Below are positions 51,998-62,828 of a DNA stretch of 64,000 nucleotides, in pieces. Source of the DNA: Longimicrobiales bacterium. GTDB taxonomy: Bacteria > Gemmatimonadota > Gemmatimonadetes > Longimicrobiales > Gaopeijiaceae. The DNA is taken from contig CBDANQ010000054.1 in NCBI GenBank assembly GCA_965197725.1, positions 1-64,000 of the forward strand, written 5' to 3'. The translations under genes were made by a program, and so were the position numbers. Under the pieces are notes generated by a model. That model did no database searches. It was not told the DNA's origin and saw only the letters and a list, made by a program, of their open reading frames with translations. The stretch's first letter is position 1. The number at the start of each line of letters is the position of its first letter.

Positions 51998-54079
51998 ATG
52001 ACGCACTCGCCGAACCCACTGCTCTCCGCTCAGTTCAGGATTCCCTTTCACCTGATCGAGGCGGAACACGTAGAGTCCGGAATTCGCGAGGCCCTCAGGG
52101 TGGCGCAGACCGAGATCGATGATCTCGCTGCGCAGACCGGCACCGCGACCTGGCAGAACACGATGGAGCGCCTCGACGAGATCACGGACCGGCTGAGTCG
52201 ATGCATCGTGCCCGCCAGCCATCTCGTCTCCGTGGCCGAGACGCGCGAATTGCGTGAAGCGTACAACGCGGTGTTGCCCGAGATGTCGGCCTTCTGGTCC
52301 AGCCTGCCTCTGAACGCCGCACTGTGGAAGCGAGTCAAGAAGTTCGCTGGCACGCGCGGAGCCTCGGAGTTGACCGGCACACGAAAGCGACACCTGATGA
52401 AGACGGTTCGCGATTTCCGCCGAGCGGGAGCCGATCTCGGCGCGGAGGACAAGGAACGCCTGCAAGAGCTGACGGTCGAGCTCGCCAAGCTGCAACAGAA
52501 ATTCAGCGAAAACGTGCTCGACGCGACGGCGGCGTACGAACTCAACATCACGGATGAGGGCCGTCTGGCGGAGGTTCCGGACGCGGCTGTGAGGCGGGCA
52601 CGGGCGAAGGCCGAGGAGAAAGGGCTCAGCGGGTGGCTTCTGACACTCGACTACCCTTCGGTAGAGCCGATCCTCAAGCATTGCCAGGACCGGGAGCTTC
52701 GCCTCGAGATCCACAACGCGTTCGTCATGCGTTGCCGCGAAGGCGAGTTCGACAATCGACCGCTCCTGGCTCGCATCCTTCGGCTGCGCGATGAGTTCGC
52801 TGACATCCTCGGCTACCCGAGCTTTCCCGACTACGTACTCGAGGACCGCATGGCCAGGAAGGGTGAGCGCGCCATCGAGTTCGAGCGTGAGCTCGTGGTG
52901 CGTACGCGGCCGTATTGGAAGCGCGATGTCGATCAGTTGCGCAGCTTCGCCGCCGAGCTGGGCATCGACGACGTGGAGCCCTGGGACGCCAGCTTCGTCA
53001 TGGAGAGGCTGCGCAAGTCGCGCTTCGACATCGACGACGAGGCGCTGCGCCCATACTTCCCGCTCGACCAGGTACTCGACGGCCTGTTCGCCGTGGTCCG
53101 CCGCACCTTCGGATTCCGGGTCGAGAAGCGTGAGATCGAGGAGCTGTGGCACCCGGACGCTGACTACTACGAGATCTTCGACGAGTCCGGCGAGCAGCTG
53201 GGGGCATTCTACACGGACTGGTTCCCACGAAAGGAGAAGCGTTCGGGCGCCTGGATGCACGACTTCATCACGGGCGGGCCTCGAGAGGGCGGCTTTTCCC
53301 CACATCTGGGAGTGATCTGTGGAAACTTCACGCCGTCTGATGGCAACGGACCCGCGCTGCTGTCGCACCGTGAGGTGGAGACCATCTTCCACGAATTCGG
53401 ACACCTCCTGCACCACTGCACGTCTCGGGTAGAGGTTGCGGGCCGCGCGGGCATCCACGTCGCTTGGGACTGGGTGGAGTTACCGAGCCAGCTCATGGAG
53501 AACTGGACCTGGGAGCGCGAGGCTCTCGAGCTCTTCGCTCGCCACCACAAGAACGGTGATCTCCTGCCTGAAGAGTTGTTCGATCGCATGGTTGCGGCAC
53601 GCCGCTACATGGGCGGCTGGGCGCAGATGCGTCAATTGTCGCTGGGCACGGTCGACCTGGCGCTGCACAACGAGCTGGCGCCGAAGCTGCGCGCGGACGC
53701 GCCCGGTGCCCCGAGCGAAGCGGTCGATGAGAACCAGGGTCACGAGGTGATGGCATTCGGGGAGTCCCGTTTCGCGGACTTCGCGGTGCAGCCGCGTTTC
53801 GCGGAGCTGCACGGCCTCACCACGTTCACACACCTATTCGCCGGGGGATATGCGGCCGGCTACTACAGCTACCTATGGTCCGAGGTTCTGGATGCGGATG
53901 CGTTCACACGCTTCAAGCAGGAAGGGGTCTTCAACCGCGAGACCGGACGCAGCTACGTCGACTCCATCCTGAGCCGGGGAGATTCAGCCGATCCGGAGGA
54001 CCTGTTCCGCGAGTTCATGGGACGCGACCCGGACTCCGGAGCTCTGCTCGAGCGGAACCTCGGTCCGCTGGGCGCTTAG
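51998..54079 (+). CDS. prlC: Oligopeptidase A (M3 family)
   Basis: FHEFGHLLH, VELPSQLMENW, GYAAGYYSYLW. Confidence 0.94.
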   Translation: MTHSPNPLLSAQFRIPFHLIEAEHVESGIREALRVAQTEIDDLAAQTGTATWQNTMERLDEITDRLSRCIVPASHLVSVAETRELREAYNAVLPEMSAFWSSLPLNAALWKRVKKFAGTRGASELTGTRKRHLMKTVRDFRRAGADLGAEDKERLQELTVELAKLQQKFSENVLDATAAYELNITDEGRLAEVPDAAVRRARAKAEEKGLSGWLLTLDYPSVEPILKHCQDRELRLEIHNAFVMRCREGEFDNRPLLARILRLRDEFADILGYPSFPDYVLEDRMARKGERAIEFERELVVRTRPYWKRDVDQLRSFAAELGIDDVEPWDASFVMERLRKSRFDIDDEALRPYFPLDQVLDGLFAVVRRTFGFRVEKREIEELWHPDADYYEIFDESGEQLGAFYTDWFPRKEKRSGAWMHDFITGGPREGGFSPHLGVICGNFTPSDGNGPALLSHREVETIFHEFGHLLHHCTSRVEVAGRAGIHVAWDWVELPSQLMENWTWEREALELFARHHKNGDLLPEELFDRMVAARRYMGGWAQMRQLSLGTVDLALHNELAPKLRADAPGAPSEAVDENQGHEVMAFGESRFADFAVQPRFAELHGLTTFTHLFAGGYAAGYYSYLWSEVLDADAFTRFKQEGVFNRETGRSYVDSILSRGDSADPEDLFREFMGRDPDSGALLERNLGPLGA

Positions 54080-54087
54080 AATCAAGC

Positions 54088-55095
54088 ATGAATAGACTGA
54101 CGACGGCCGGGGTCCTCGCGCTCCTCTCGATCCCAGCCGCGGGGTGTGACACCAGCGGCATCGCGTACGGCGACGTGAACAGCATCATCGCGGTGATGAG
54201 TCCGGAGCTGTGGGCCGAGGTGCAGAACGATGTGTACGGGGCTCTGGAGCCCACCATCCGCACGGTACGCGACGAGAAGACGTTCACAGTCACCTACCAG
54301 GAGCCCTTCGCGGAGTTCTGGAGCGACCTCCGGCGCTTTCGCCAGATCCTGCTCGTCGGGAGCGCTACCGACGCCGTAGTGGTCGAGGCGCTGGATCGCG
54401 CGCACGTGCAAATCAGCCAACCGGGCATGCATCAGATCGGCAACGCCTGGGCCCGCGGCCAGGCGATCACGCTCGTGCTGCTGCCCGAGGGCGGAGGAGC
54501 GGACGATCTGCGTCCATATCTCGCGGACGTGAACGAGCTGCTCGATGACCAGTACCGCCAGTGGGTGAACAACCGCATGTATATGTCCGGCGTGGACTCG
54601 GCGCTCGCGGATACGCTGCATGCTGAGGCCGGCTTCGCGCTAATGCTGCCCAAGGTGTACAGATGGACGAGTGCCGATTCGGTCTATGTCTTCCGCAACG
54701 ACAACCCCGATCCCGCCGAGCTCATCCGGGAGGTCGTCGTGACGTGGCGGACACCGATCCCGTCGGACCTGCAAGCCGAGGACATCCTCGAGTGGCGAGA
54801 GCAGGTGGTCGCTGGCTACTACTCGGAGCCACAGGTGAACGCGCTAGACAATGCACATGCGGAACCCTTTGAGTACCGCGGACGCTACGCGTATCAGATC
54901 CATGCCGAGTGGAGGAATCCACCCGAACGCGGCTGGCCCGCGGGAGGCCCGTTCATCACGCGCGCGGTGTTGTGTGAGAACCAGAACCGCATGTACCTGA
55001 TCGATGCTTGGCTTTACGCGCCGGGCAAGAAGAAGTACGAGTACATGATCCAAATCGAGACGATTCTGGACTCGTTCCGATGCGGAGCCGCCTGA
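54088..55095 (+). CDS. DUF4837-like lipoprotein
   Basis: AAGC lipobox; WARGQ, GGPFIT, YAPGKKK. Confidence 0.7.
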   Translation: MNRLTTAGVLALLSIPAAGCDTSGIAYGDVNSIIAVMSPELWAEVQNDVYGALEPTIRTVRDEKTFTVTYQEPFAEFWSDLRRFRQILLVGSATDAVVVEALDRAHVQISQPGMHQIGNAWARGQAITLVLLPEGGGADDLRPYLADVNELLDDQYRQWVNNRMYMSGVDSALADTLHAEAGFALMLPKVYRWTSADSVYVFRNDNPDPAELIREVVVTWRTPIPSDLQAEDILEWREQVVAGYYSEPQVNALDNAHAEPFEYRGRYAYQIHAEWRNPPERGWPAGGPFITRAVLCENQNRMYLIDAWLYAPGKKKYEYMIQIETILDSFRCGAA

Positions 55096-55175
55096 CGGGT
55101 CGACGAGGGAACAGACGCCGGGGCCCGGGGGTTTATCCTGCGCCCATATCTCGATCACGCAGACAGGATGACTAC

Positions 55176-55703
55176 ATGCGCAGCCCCGCGACGCTCGCCG
55201 CGCTTGTGGCCGTGTTCGCTTTCGCCACTGCGGCCTGCGCGCAGCAGCCGCCGGCGAGCCAACACGGAACAGTCTCCCAGTCCGTCAACACCACGACGAT
55301 CACGCTGGAATACGACCGACCGGTCCTGAGGGGGCGTTCCATCTTCGGAGAACTCCTCGACTACGATGTCATATGGACGCCCGGCGCGAACCGCGCGACG
55401 TGGATCGACTTCTCGGCACCGGTGAAGATCCAGGGTCAGGAGCTACCGGCCGGCCGCTACGGACTCTGGACCATCCCTCAGGAGAGCGACCCCTGGCAGA
55501 TCATCTTCGTGAGCGCGTGGGACGCGCACCACTCGTACTTCTCGCGCGAGACCGAGGTGCTGCGCGTCGAGGCCCACGCGGCGCGGGGCGCGCACATGGA
55601 GGTGCTGGCCTTCTACTTTCCGGTGGTCGGGCCCTACGAGACGACGTTGCGCTTCCATTGGGGCGAAGTCGTCGTGCCGCTCCAGATCGAGGTCGGGCGC
55701 TAG
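55176..55703 (+). CDS. DUF2911-domain protein
   Basis: SQHGTVSQ, YDRP..RGRSIFG, WTPGAN.AT, LPAGRY.LWTIP. Confidence 0.85.
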   Translation: MRSPATLAALVAVFAFATAACAQQPPASQHGTVSQSVNTTTITLEYDRPVLRGRSIFGELLDYDVIWTPGANRATWIDFSAPVKIQGQELPAGRYGLWTIPQESDPWQIIFVSAWDAHHSYFSRETEVLRVEAHAARGAHMEVLAFYFPVVGPYETTLRFHWGEVVVPLQIEVGR

Positions 55704-56647
55704 CAGTCCGACGCATCGGCACCCGCCCAACGCTCGTCCAAGCGTAGCCCCAGGGACCGCGCATGCCGCCGGGCCTCGGCGAACTCCTCGGTCGTGACAC
55801 GACGACTGATCTCCTCGAAGCGTCCCTCGCCCACCTTCCCGGCCGGACGGTATTGGTCCATCACGTTGACATACGTGCCGGGTCCCAGCCGCTCGGCCAG
55901 CCATTCGAGGCACGCCCTGGTCTCGTCCAGCAAGCCGGGCATGACGAGGTGTCGCACAAGAACGCCCCGCCTGGCCAGCCCGCGCTCGTCGAAGACGAGC
56001 GGCCCCACCTGTCCGTGCATCTCGATCAGCGCGACACGCGCGGCCTCGGGGTACTCCTCCACCATCAGGTATCGTTTGGCGGCTGAGGCCGTCCACAGCT
56101 TGAAGTCCGGCATGTAGATGTCGACGATGCCGTCCATCCAACGCAGGCTCTCAAGGCTGTCGTAGGCGGACGTGTTGTATACGATCGGAAGGCGGAGCCC
56201 CATCTCGATCGCCGGCACCAGGGCCTCGAGCACCTGCGGCACCACGTGCTCGGGTGTCACGAAGTTGATGTTGTGACAGCCCTGCGCCTGAAGCTCGAGC
56301 ATGAGAGCGGCGATCCGATCGGCCTTCACGCCCGGCGCCGATGGTCCCGGTCGTATGGCCTGGCTGATGTCGAAGTTCTGACAGAAGACGCAGCGCAGGT
56401 TGCAGTGGCCGAAAAAGATCGTGCCAGAACCGTTCCATCCTCGCAGGCAGTCCTCCTCTCCGAAATGCGCGAACGCCGAGCTCACCACTGCGTGACGGCC
56501 TGTCTTGCAGGCGGACCACTTCCCGACCAGCCGGTCCACCGCGCAGTCGCGCGGACACAGCCGGCATTCCGCTAGGGAGGCCACGGCCTCTTCCGCCCGG
56601 CGCGCGATCTCACCGGCGGGGAGGTCTAGGTAGGCAGGTCGGACCAT
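55700..56647 (-). CDS. Radical SAM protein, PflX-like
   Basis: CRLCPRDC, HFGEE, CNLRCVFCQN, NINFVTP, RHLVMP. Confidence 0.9.
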   Translation of the reverse strand: MVRPAYLDLPAGEIARRAEEAVASLAECRLCPRDCAVDRLVGKWSACKTGRHAVVSSAFAHFGEEDCLRGWNGSGTIFFGHCNLRCVFCQNFDISQAIRPGPSAPGVKADRIAALMLELQAQGCHNINFVTPEHVVPQVLEALVPAIEMGLRLPIVYNTSAYDSLESLRWMDGIVDIYMPDFKLWTASAAKRYLMVEEYPEAARVALIEMHGQVGPLVFDERGLARRGVLVRHLVMPGLLDETRACLEWLAERLGPGTYVNVMDQYRPAGKVGEGRFEEISRRVTTEEFAEARRHARSLGLRLDERWAGADASDC

Positions 56648-56712
56648 GAAGGGAAGTTAGGGCGGAACGGGCGCTCTCGCCTGTCGACGGGCTAGGGTAG
56701 GGGGCGACTCCC

Positions 56713-57093
56713 TCACCTCGAGTTCCTCATGTACTCGACGTCCTCCATCTTCCAGAGTTCGAGCATCGCCCGATTTATTTCGGTCGACAGGTCGCCAAGA
56801 TCTCCGCGCAACTCAACCGCCTGCTGGGCCGCGATCTGTGCTCTCACTTCATCCACGCTCGTTCGGTTGCGGACGCCTACAAACACCCCGGTCGCTCCAG
56901 AGATGGCGACCGAGACCAGTACCCCGTAAAGAACCCGTCTTCGCCGTCTATCCTGCTTTCGCCGGACGTGCCGGGTGGCAGCTCGTTCCGCTATCTCCTC
57001 GACTCGGCTCAGACGCGGCGCCGAGGTGCGCTCCGCGGCGGCGACCTGTTTTCGTGGCCCCCCCGGAAAACTGCCAGCGATTCTGTCTTCCAT
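56713..57093 (-). CDS. Hypothetical membrane protein
   Basis: Basic stretch followed by a single TM helix; RBS AGGAG. Confidence 0.55.
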   Translation of the reverse strand: MEDRIAGSFPGGPRKQVAAAERTSAPRLSRVEEIAERAATRHVRRKQDRRRRRVLYGVLVSVAISGATGVFVGVRNRTSVDEVRAQIAAQQAVELRGDLGDLSTEINRAMLELWKMEDVEYMRNSR

Positions 57094-57291
57094 CGATGGT
57101 TTCTCCTACTTGCTAGCCCGACGACACCTGGTATGAATTCAAGCTAAGGTCACGTCTCGCGAGTGCCCTCCTGGGGAGATTCCCGCGCGCGTCTCGACGT
57201 CAGGCGGCCGCCCTTGTTCCGTCCAGGACTGATCGGACGGCACCTAAGGGCACAGTAGGACGGGCCTGTCCGCCACCCTATTCTGGTCGGG

Positions 57292-58006
57292 ATGATGCTG
57301 CCCGACCCTCGACGCCCGTCACCGAAGACCGGAACTCATGGATGCTCCGAGTCTCGCACCCGCGCAACGAGCCGGCGCCCTACGGGCGCTCGCTCGCGTG
57401 AACGCGCTGTCGGGCGTGGCTCACAGAATCTGGGCCGAGATCCATGGATTGCACAGCGCCGGAGCTCCTCGGACGATCCGCGTTCTGGACATCGCCTGCG
57501 GCGGTGGGGACGTCGTGGTCTCGCTCGCCCGCCGGGCGGCTCGCGCCGGTCTCGACCTCGAGGTGCACGGCTGCGACGTGAGCCCGGCGGCCCTGGAAGT
57601 CGCACGGGAGAACTCTGAGCGTGCCGGTGTCCGAGCGTACTTCTTCGAGCTGGATGCGCTGCAAGGAGGGATCCCCGACCCCTACGATGTCGTGTGCTCG
57701 TCGCTCTTTCTCCACCATCTGGACGAGCACGAGGCTGTCTCCCTGCTCGTGACGATGGCCGAGGGCACACCTCGCACCCTCTTGGTTCAGGACCTACGGC
57801 GAACCGTAGCGGGATATCTTCTCGCCTTCGGCGTGCTCAGGCTGATAACACGGTCGGAGGTGGCCCACACGGACGGACCCCGCTCGGTGGAGGGGGCCTT
57901 CACGATGGAGGAGGCGCGCGATCTCGCGCGCAGTGCAGGACTCGACGGCGCGCGTGTCGAGGCGTGCTGGCCCCAGCGCTTCCAGCTGACGTGGCGACGC
58001 GCGTGA
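57292..58006 (+). CDS. SAM-dependent methyltransferase (probable 5' frameshift; intact frame from 57338)
   Basis: ELMD, LARVN, VLDIACGGGD, SLFLHH, DLRR, DGPRSV..AFT. Confidence 0.88.
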
Positions 58007-59170
58007 GCACGATCGAGGCTTCGACCGACGTCATGTATGGCGCCGTGTACGACGCCGTCGTGGTAGGCGCCGGTCCCGCGGGCACGATGACAGCCCTCGA
58101 GCTCGCCCGGTGTGATCTCTCGGTGCTGGTCGTCGAACGTCAGCCGATGCCGCGCTGGAAAGTTTGCGGTGCCTGTTTGAGCCCGGGCACCCTGGAGCTA
58201 CTCGGTGCGGCGGGCCTCCCCCACCCATTGGACGGCGTACCGCTCTGCCGCCTTCGCCTCGCCGCGTGGTCCACGGAGGCGTGTGTGCCGTTGAGCGGCT
58301 CGATGGCCGTATCGAGGCGCTCCTTCGACCAGATGCTGTTGAGCGCCGCCCGGAACGCGGGTGTCGTGGCGATGACACCGGCCCGGGCCCGCCTCGGGCC
58401 GATCGACGGCGGCACGCGCGTCGTCCGTATAGAGCGGGCGGAGGGCGATCTAGAAGTCGCAGCGCGGGTGGTCATCGATGCAGGTGGACTCGGTGGCGGG
58501 TTAGCTGCTGTCACTTGGGGCGGCGCCGACAGGCTCAGGCACGGCTCACGCATCGGTGTTGGTGCGGTGTTCGCACCGGGCACCGCGGCGTACGCACGCG
58601 GCGAGATTCACATGGTCGTGGGTGAAGGCGGATACGTAGGCCTGGTCCGGGTCGCGGACGGCAGCCTGACCGTCGCAGCCGCCCTGGATCCCTCATGGCT
58701 GAGGGGGCATGCCTCACCCGGTGATGCGGTCGGGGCGCTGCTGCGCACCGCCGGGCTCTGCCGCGTTGCCGGAGCGTCCGTCGGTGGGATGGAAAGGCAC
58801 ACGTGCGCTCACGAGATCTCCCCCCACGCGGGGCGCGGAGCGCGTCTTCGCGGTAGGCGACGCCGCCGGCTACGTGGAGCCGTTCACCGGAGAGGGTATC
58901 TCCTGGGCACTCGCGGGAGCCCGCGCGCTTGCGCCACTGGTCGCGCGAGCCGCCCGGGGGTGGGATCCCGCTCTGCTCGAGGCGTGGGATCGAGCCCACT
59001 CGCGGTCGATGACGCGGGCGCAGAGGCTCTGCCGCGCGGTTGCGTGGACGTCCCGTCGGCCGCGGCTCGTGATGTTCACGCTGCGCCTCCTGGCACGTCT
59101 GCCGGGAGTGGCGGGTCCGTTTGTACACCGCGCCGGCGCGGCGCCCAACGTCCGCCTGTCGGTGTCATGA
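58003..59170 (+). pseudogene. FAD-dependent oxidoreductase (frameshift near 58788)
   Basis: VVGAGPAG, KVCGACL, VIDAGG; second frame AVGDAAGYVEPFTGEGISWA. Confidence 0.85.
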
Positions 59171-60261
59171 GCCTGCTGCTTACCGGGTTCGGCACTTCGG
59201 TGCCCGAGCACGCGATCGCGCAGGCGGACGCTGCCGAGCTCGGCGCCCGCTTCGCCGCGCTGGACCCGAAGCGCGCGGCGACGGTCCGAGCGCTCTACCG
59301 GAAGGCCGGCGTGCGCAAGCGTCACAGCGTGCTGCTCGAGAGAGCCGAAGGCGCGCTGATGGACCGACAGTCGTTCTACGAGGAGGCTGTCAGCAGGGAC
59401 GACCCCGGCCCGTCCACCGAGCTCCGGATGAGGCGCTACGAGGCCGACGCGCCCGCGCTCGCGGAGGTCGCCGCACGCGCGGCGCTTCGGGATGCCGCAC
59501 TCGACGCGGGGGAGCTCACCCACGTCGTGACGGTCTCGTGCACGGGCTTCTTCTCTCCGGGGCTCGACGCGGTGCTCGTCGACCGGCTGGGGCTCTCCCC
59601 TGGCGTCGAACGCACGCACATCGGCTTCATGGGGTGCCACGGCGCTCTCAACGGGCTGCGTGTGGCGTCGTCGTTCGCGGGCGCGAACCCGGACGCCCGG
59701 GTGCTCGTAGCAGCGGTGGAGCTGTGCACGCTGCACTTCGCCTACGGTCGGGACCCCCAACTCGTGGTGGCCAACGCGCTCTTCTCCGACGGTGCCGCCG
59801 CGGTGGTGGGCGTCTCCGACAGCGGCGACGACACGGGCGCGTGGCGGGTGCTCGCAAGCGGCACGCTACTCATACCCGATTCCACGGACGCGATGTCGTG
59901 GCGCATCGGCGACCACGGATTCCGCATGACGCTTTCGGCCACTGTACCCGACCTCATCGGAGCATACCTGTCGGGGTGGCTCGAGCAGTGGCTCGGTCAG
60001 CGTGGACTCGGCTTCGACGACGTGGCATCTTGGGCCGTGCACCCAGGGGGGCCGCGCATTCTGAGCGCGGTGGGCGACGCCCTCGGGCTGACGAACGGCG
60101 CGTTGGAGGTCTCACGCGACGTGCTCGCCGAATACGGCAACATGTCCTCGGCCACCGTGCTCTTCATCCTCGACGAGTTGCGTCGGCGCGATGCCCCGCG
60201 TCCGTGCGTGGCGCTGGCCTTCGGGCCGGGCCTCGTGGTCGAAGCGGTTCTGTTCGGCTGA
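59167..60261 (+). CDS. Type III polyketide synthase
   Basis: Catalytic Cys/His/Asn in MGCHG, VHPGG and YGNMSS; ELCTLH, ALFSDG, AFGPG. Confidence 0.95.
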   Translation: MSLLLTGFGTSVPEHAIAQADAAELGARFAALDPKRAATVRALYRKAGVRKRHSVLLERAEGALMDRQSFYEEAVSRDDPGPSTELRMRRYEADAPALAEVAARAALRDAALDAGELTHVVTVSCTGFFSPGLDAVLVDRLGLSPGVERTHIGFMGCHGALNGLRVASSFAGANPDARVLVAAVELCTLHFAYGRDPQLVVANALFSDGAAAVVGVSDSGDDTGAWRVLASGTLLIPDSTDAMSWRIGDHGFRMTLSATVPDLIGAYLSGWLEQWLGQRGLGFDDVASWAVHPGGPRILSAVGDALGLTNGALEVSRDVLAEYGNMSSATVLFILDELRRRDAPRPCVALAFGPGLVVEAVLFG

Positions 60262-60355
60262 GGCTGGTGGGCACGGTCGGCGTGGCGTGCGGAGCCGGCT
60301 GAGACTGCCGGACCGGCCTTGCGCCTCGGCAAAGCCGACCCGTAAGCTCGGCCCC

Positions 60356-61613
<1,258 letters not shown>

Positions 61614-61741
61614 CCGAACCTCCGCCTCGTCAAGCCGACAGCGAGAACGACGATCAACGGGATCGATTCCTGGTTAGACTCCAAGCCGCTCGGGCGCGGA
61701 TGCGCATGTGCCCGAAACACCGCACTCCGTGAGCACACCGC

Positions 61742-62782
61742 ATGAAGATCGGACTCGTGGGCTTCGCCGGTTCGGGGAAGACCACCGTTTTCAACACGAT
61801 GACCGGGCTCGACGTGCCGGTCGGATACGGCGGCGAAGTGCGCCTCGGGATCGTTCGGGTTCCGGACGAGCGCATCGACCGGCTCTCGCAGATCTTCTCG
61901 CCCAAGAAGACCACGTTCGCCGACATCAGCTTTTGCGACGTGCCGGGGGAGCACGGAGCGGACAACAAGGGACTCTCGCGGCGAGGCCTCCAGCAGATCC
62001 GTGATCGGGATGCGCTGTGCCTCGTGTTACGCGACTTCGACAACCCCGCGCTCGAGGGAGGTCCCGACCCGCTCGGCGACCTCGATGCCTTTCACACCGA
62101 GTGTGTCTTCGCTGACCACCAGATCGTCGAAAACCGTCTGGATCGTGCTCGGAAGGAGCGACTCGATCAGCGCGAGATCGCGGCCTTCGAGATCATGCTG
62201 TCTGCGCTCGAGAGTGAGCGGGCGCTGCGGTCGATCCCCGAAAGTGAGCTCGACCGGAAGTATCTCAAGGGCTTCGGGCTGCTGTCCGACCGCCCTCTGC
62301 TGGTGGCGCTGAACCACGCCGAAGGGCGGGCCGCCGAGCCGATGCCCGACGACCTAGCCGAACGCGTCGAGGAGCTACAGGCGGCCGGGCTGACTCTTTC
62401 CGCGAGTGTCGAAGCGGATATCGCAAGCATGGAGGCCGAGGATCAGGCCGAGTTTCTCTCTGATCTGGGACTCCCCGATGCTGCGATTGGGCGCTTCATC
62501 CGTGCGGCCTACGGCTTGCTCGACCTCGTCTCCTTCTTCACGGTCTCAGAAGAAGAGGTCCGCGCCTGGACGATCCGACGTGGCACGAAAGCACTCCGCG
62601 CCGCCGGGAAGATCCACTCCGACCTGGAGCGTGGGTTCATCTGCGCCGAGGTCACGCCATACGACGTGTTTATGGAGTACGGCACGGAGGGAGCGGTCAA
62701 GGACGCTGGGAAACTGCAGGTGGAGGGTAAGGATTACGTCGTGTCGGACGGAGATATCATGCGCGTCCGCTTCAACGTATAG
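61742..62782 (+). CDS. ychF: YchF/OLA1-family ATPase
   Basis: GFAGSGKTT, VPDERID, DVPG, RAWTI..AAGKIHSDLERGFI.AEV, EGKDYVV.DGD. Confidence 0.9.
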   Translation: MKIGLVGFAGSGKTTVFNTMTGLDVPVGYGGEVRLGIVRVPDERIDRLSQIFSPKKTTFADISFCDVPGEHGADNKGLSRRGLQQIRDRDALCLVLRDFDNPALEGGPDPLGDLDAFHTECVFADHQIVENRLDRARKERLDQREIAAFEIMLSALESERALRSIPESELDRKYLKGFGLLSDRPLLVALNHAEGRAAEPMPDDLAERVEELQAAGLTLSASVEADIASMEAEDQAEFLSDLGLPDAAIGRFIRAAYGLLDLVSFFTVSEEEVRAWTIRRGTKALRAAGKIHSDLERGFICAEVTPYDVFMEYGTEGAVKDAGKLQVEGKDYVVSDGDIMRVRFNV

Positions 62783-62828
62783 GAGGCATGGTGACTCATC
62801 ACGCGCAGCGAGGGCCAAACGGCCGATC

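Noticed and set aside
51863..53458. Long antisense ORFs (also 2314-3243, 27146-27949, 46308-47441, 50538-51716, 61022-61954)
   Set aside because: These are shadow ORFs opposite well-supported genes, expected at high GC.
57205..57255. Riboswitch or ribozyme upstream of the PKS cassette
   Set aside because: An imperfect hairpin (GCCCTT..CCGTCC..GGACGG..AAGGGC) is present, but no conserved Rfam-like core was recognised; a covariance search would be needed.
57694..60261. 855-aa oxidoreductase-PKS fusion
   Set aside because: The oxidoreductase C-terminus (GDAAG motif) is in another frame and ends at an ATGA overlap with the true PKS start.
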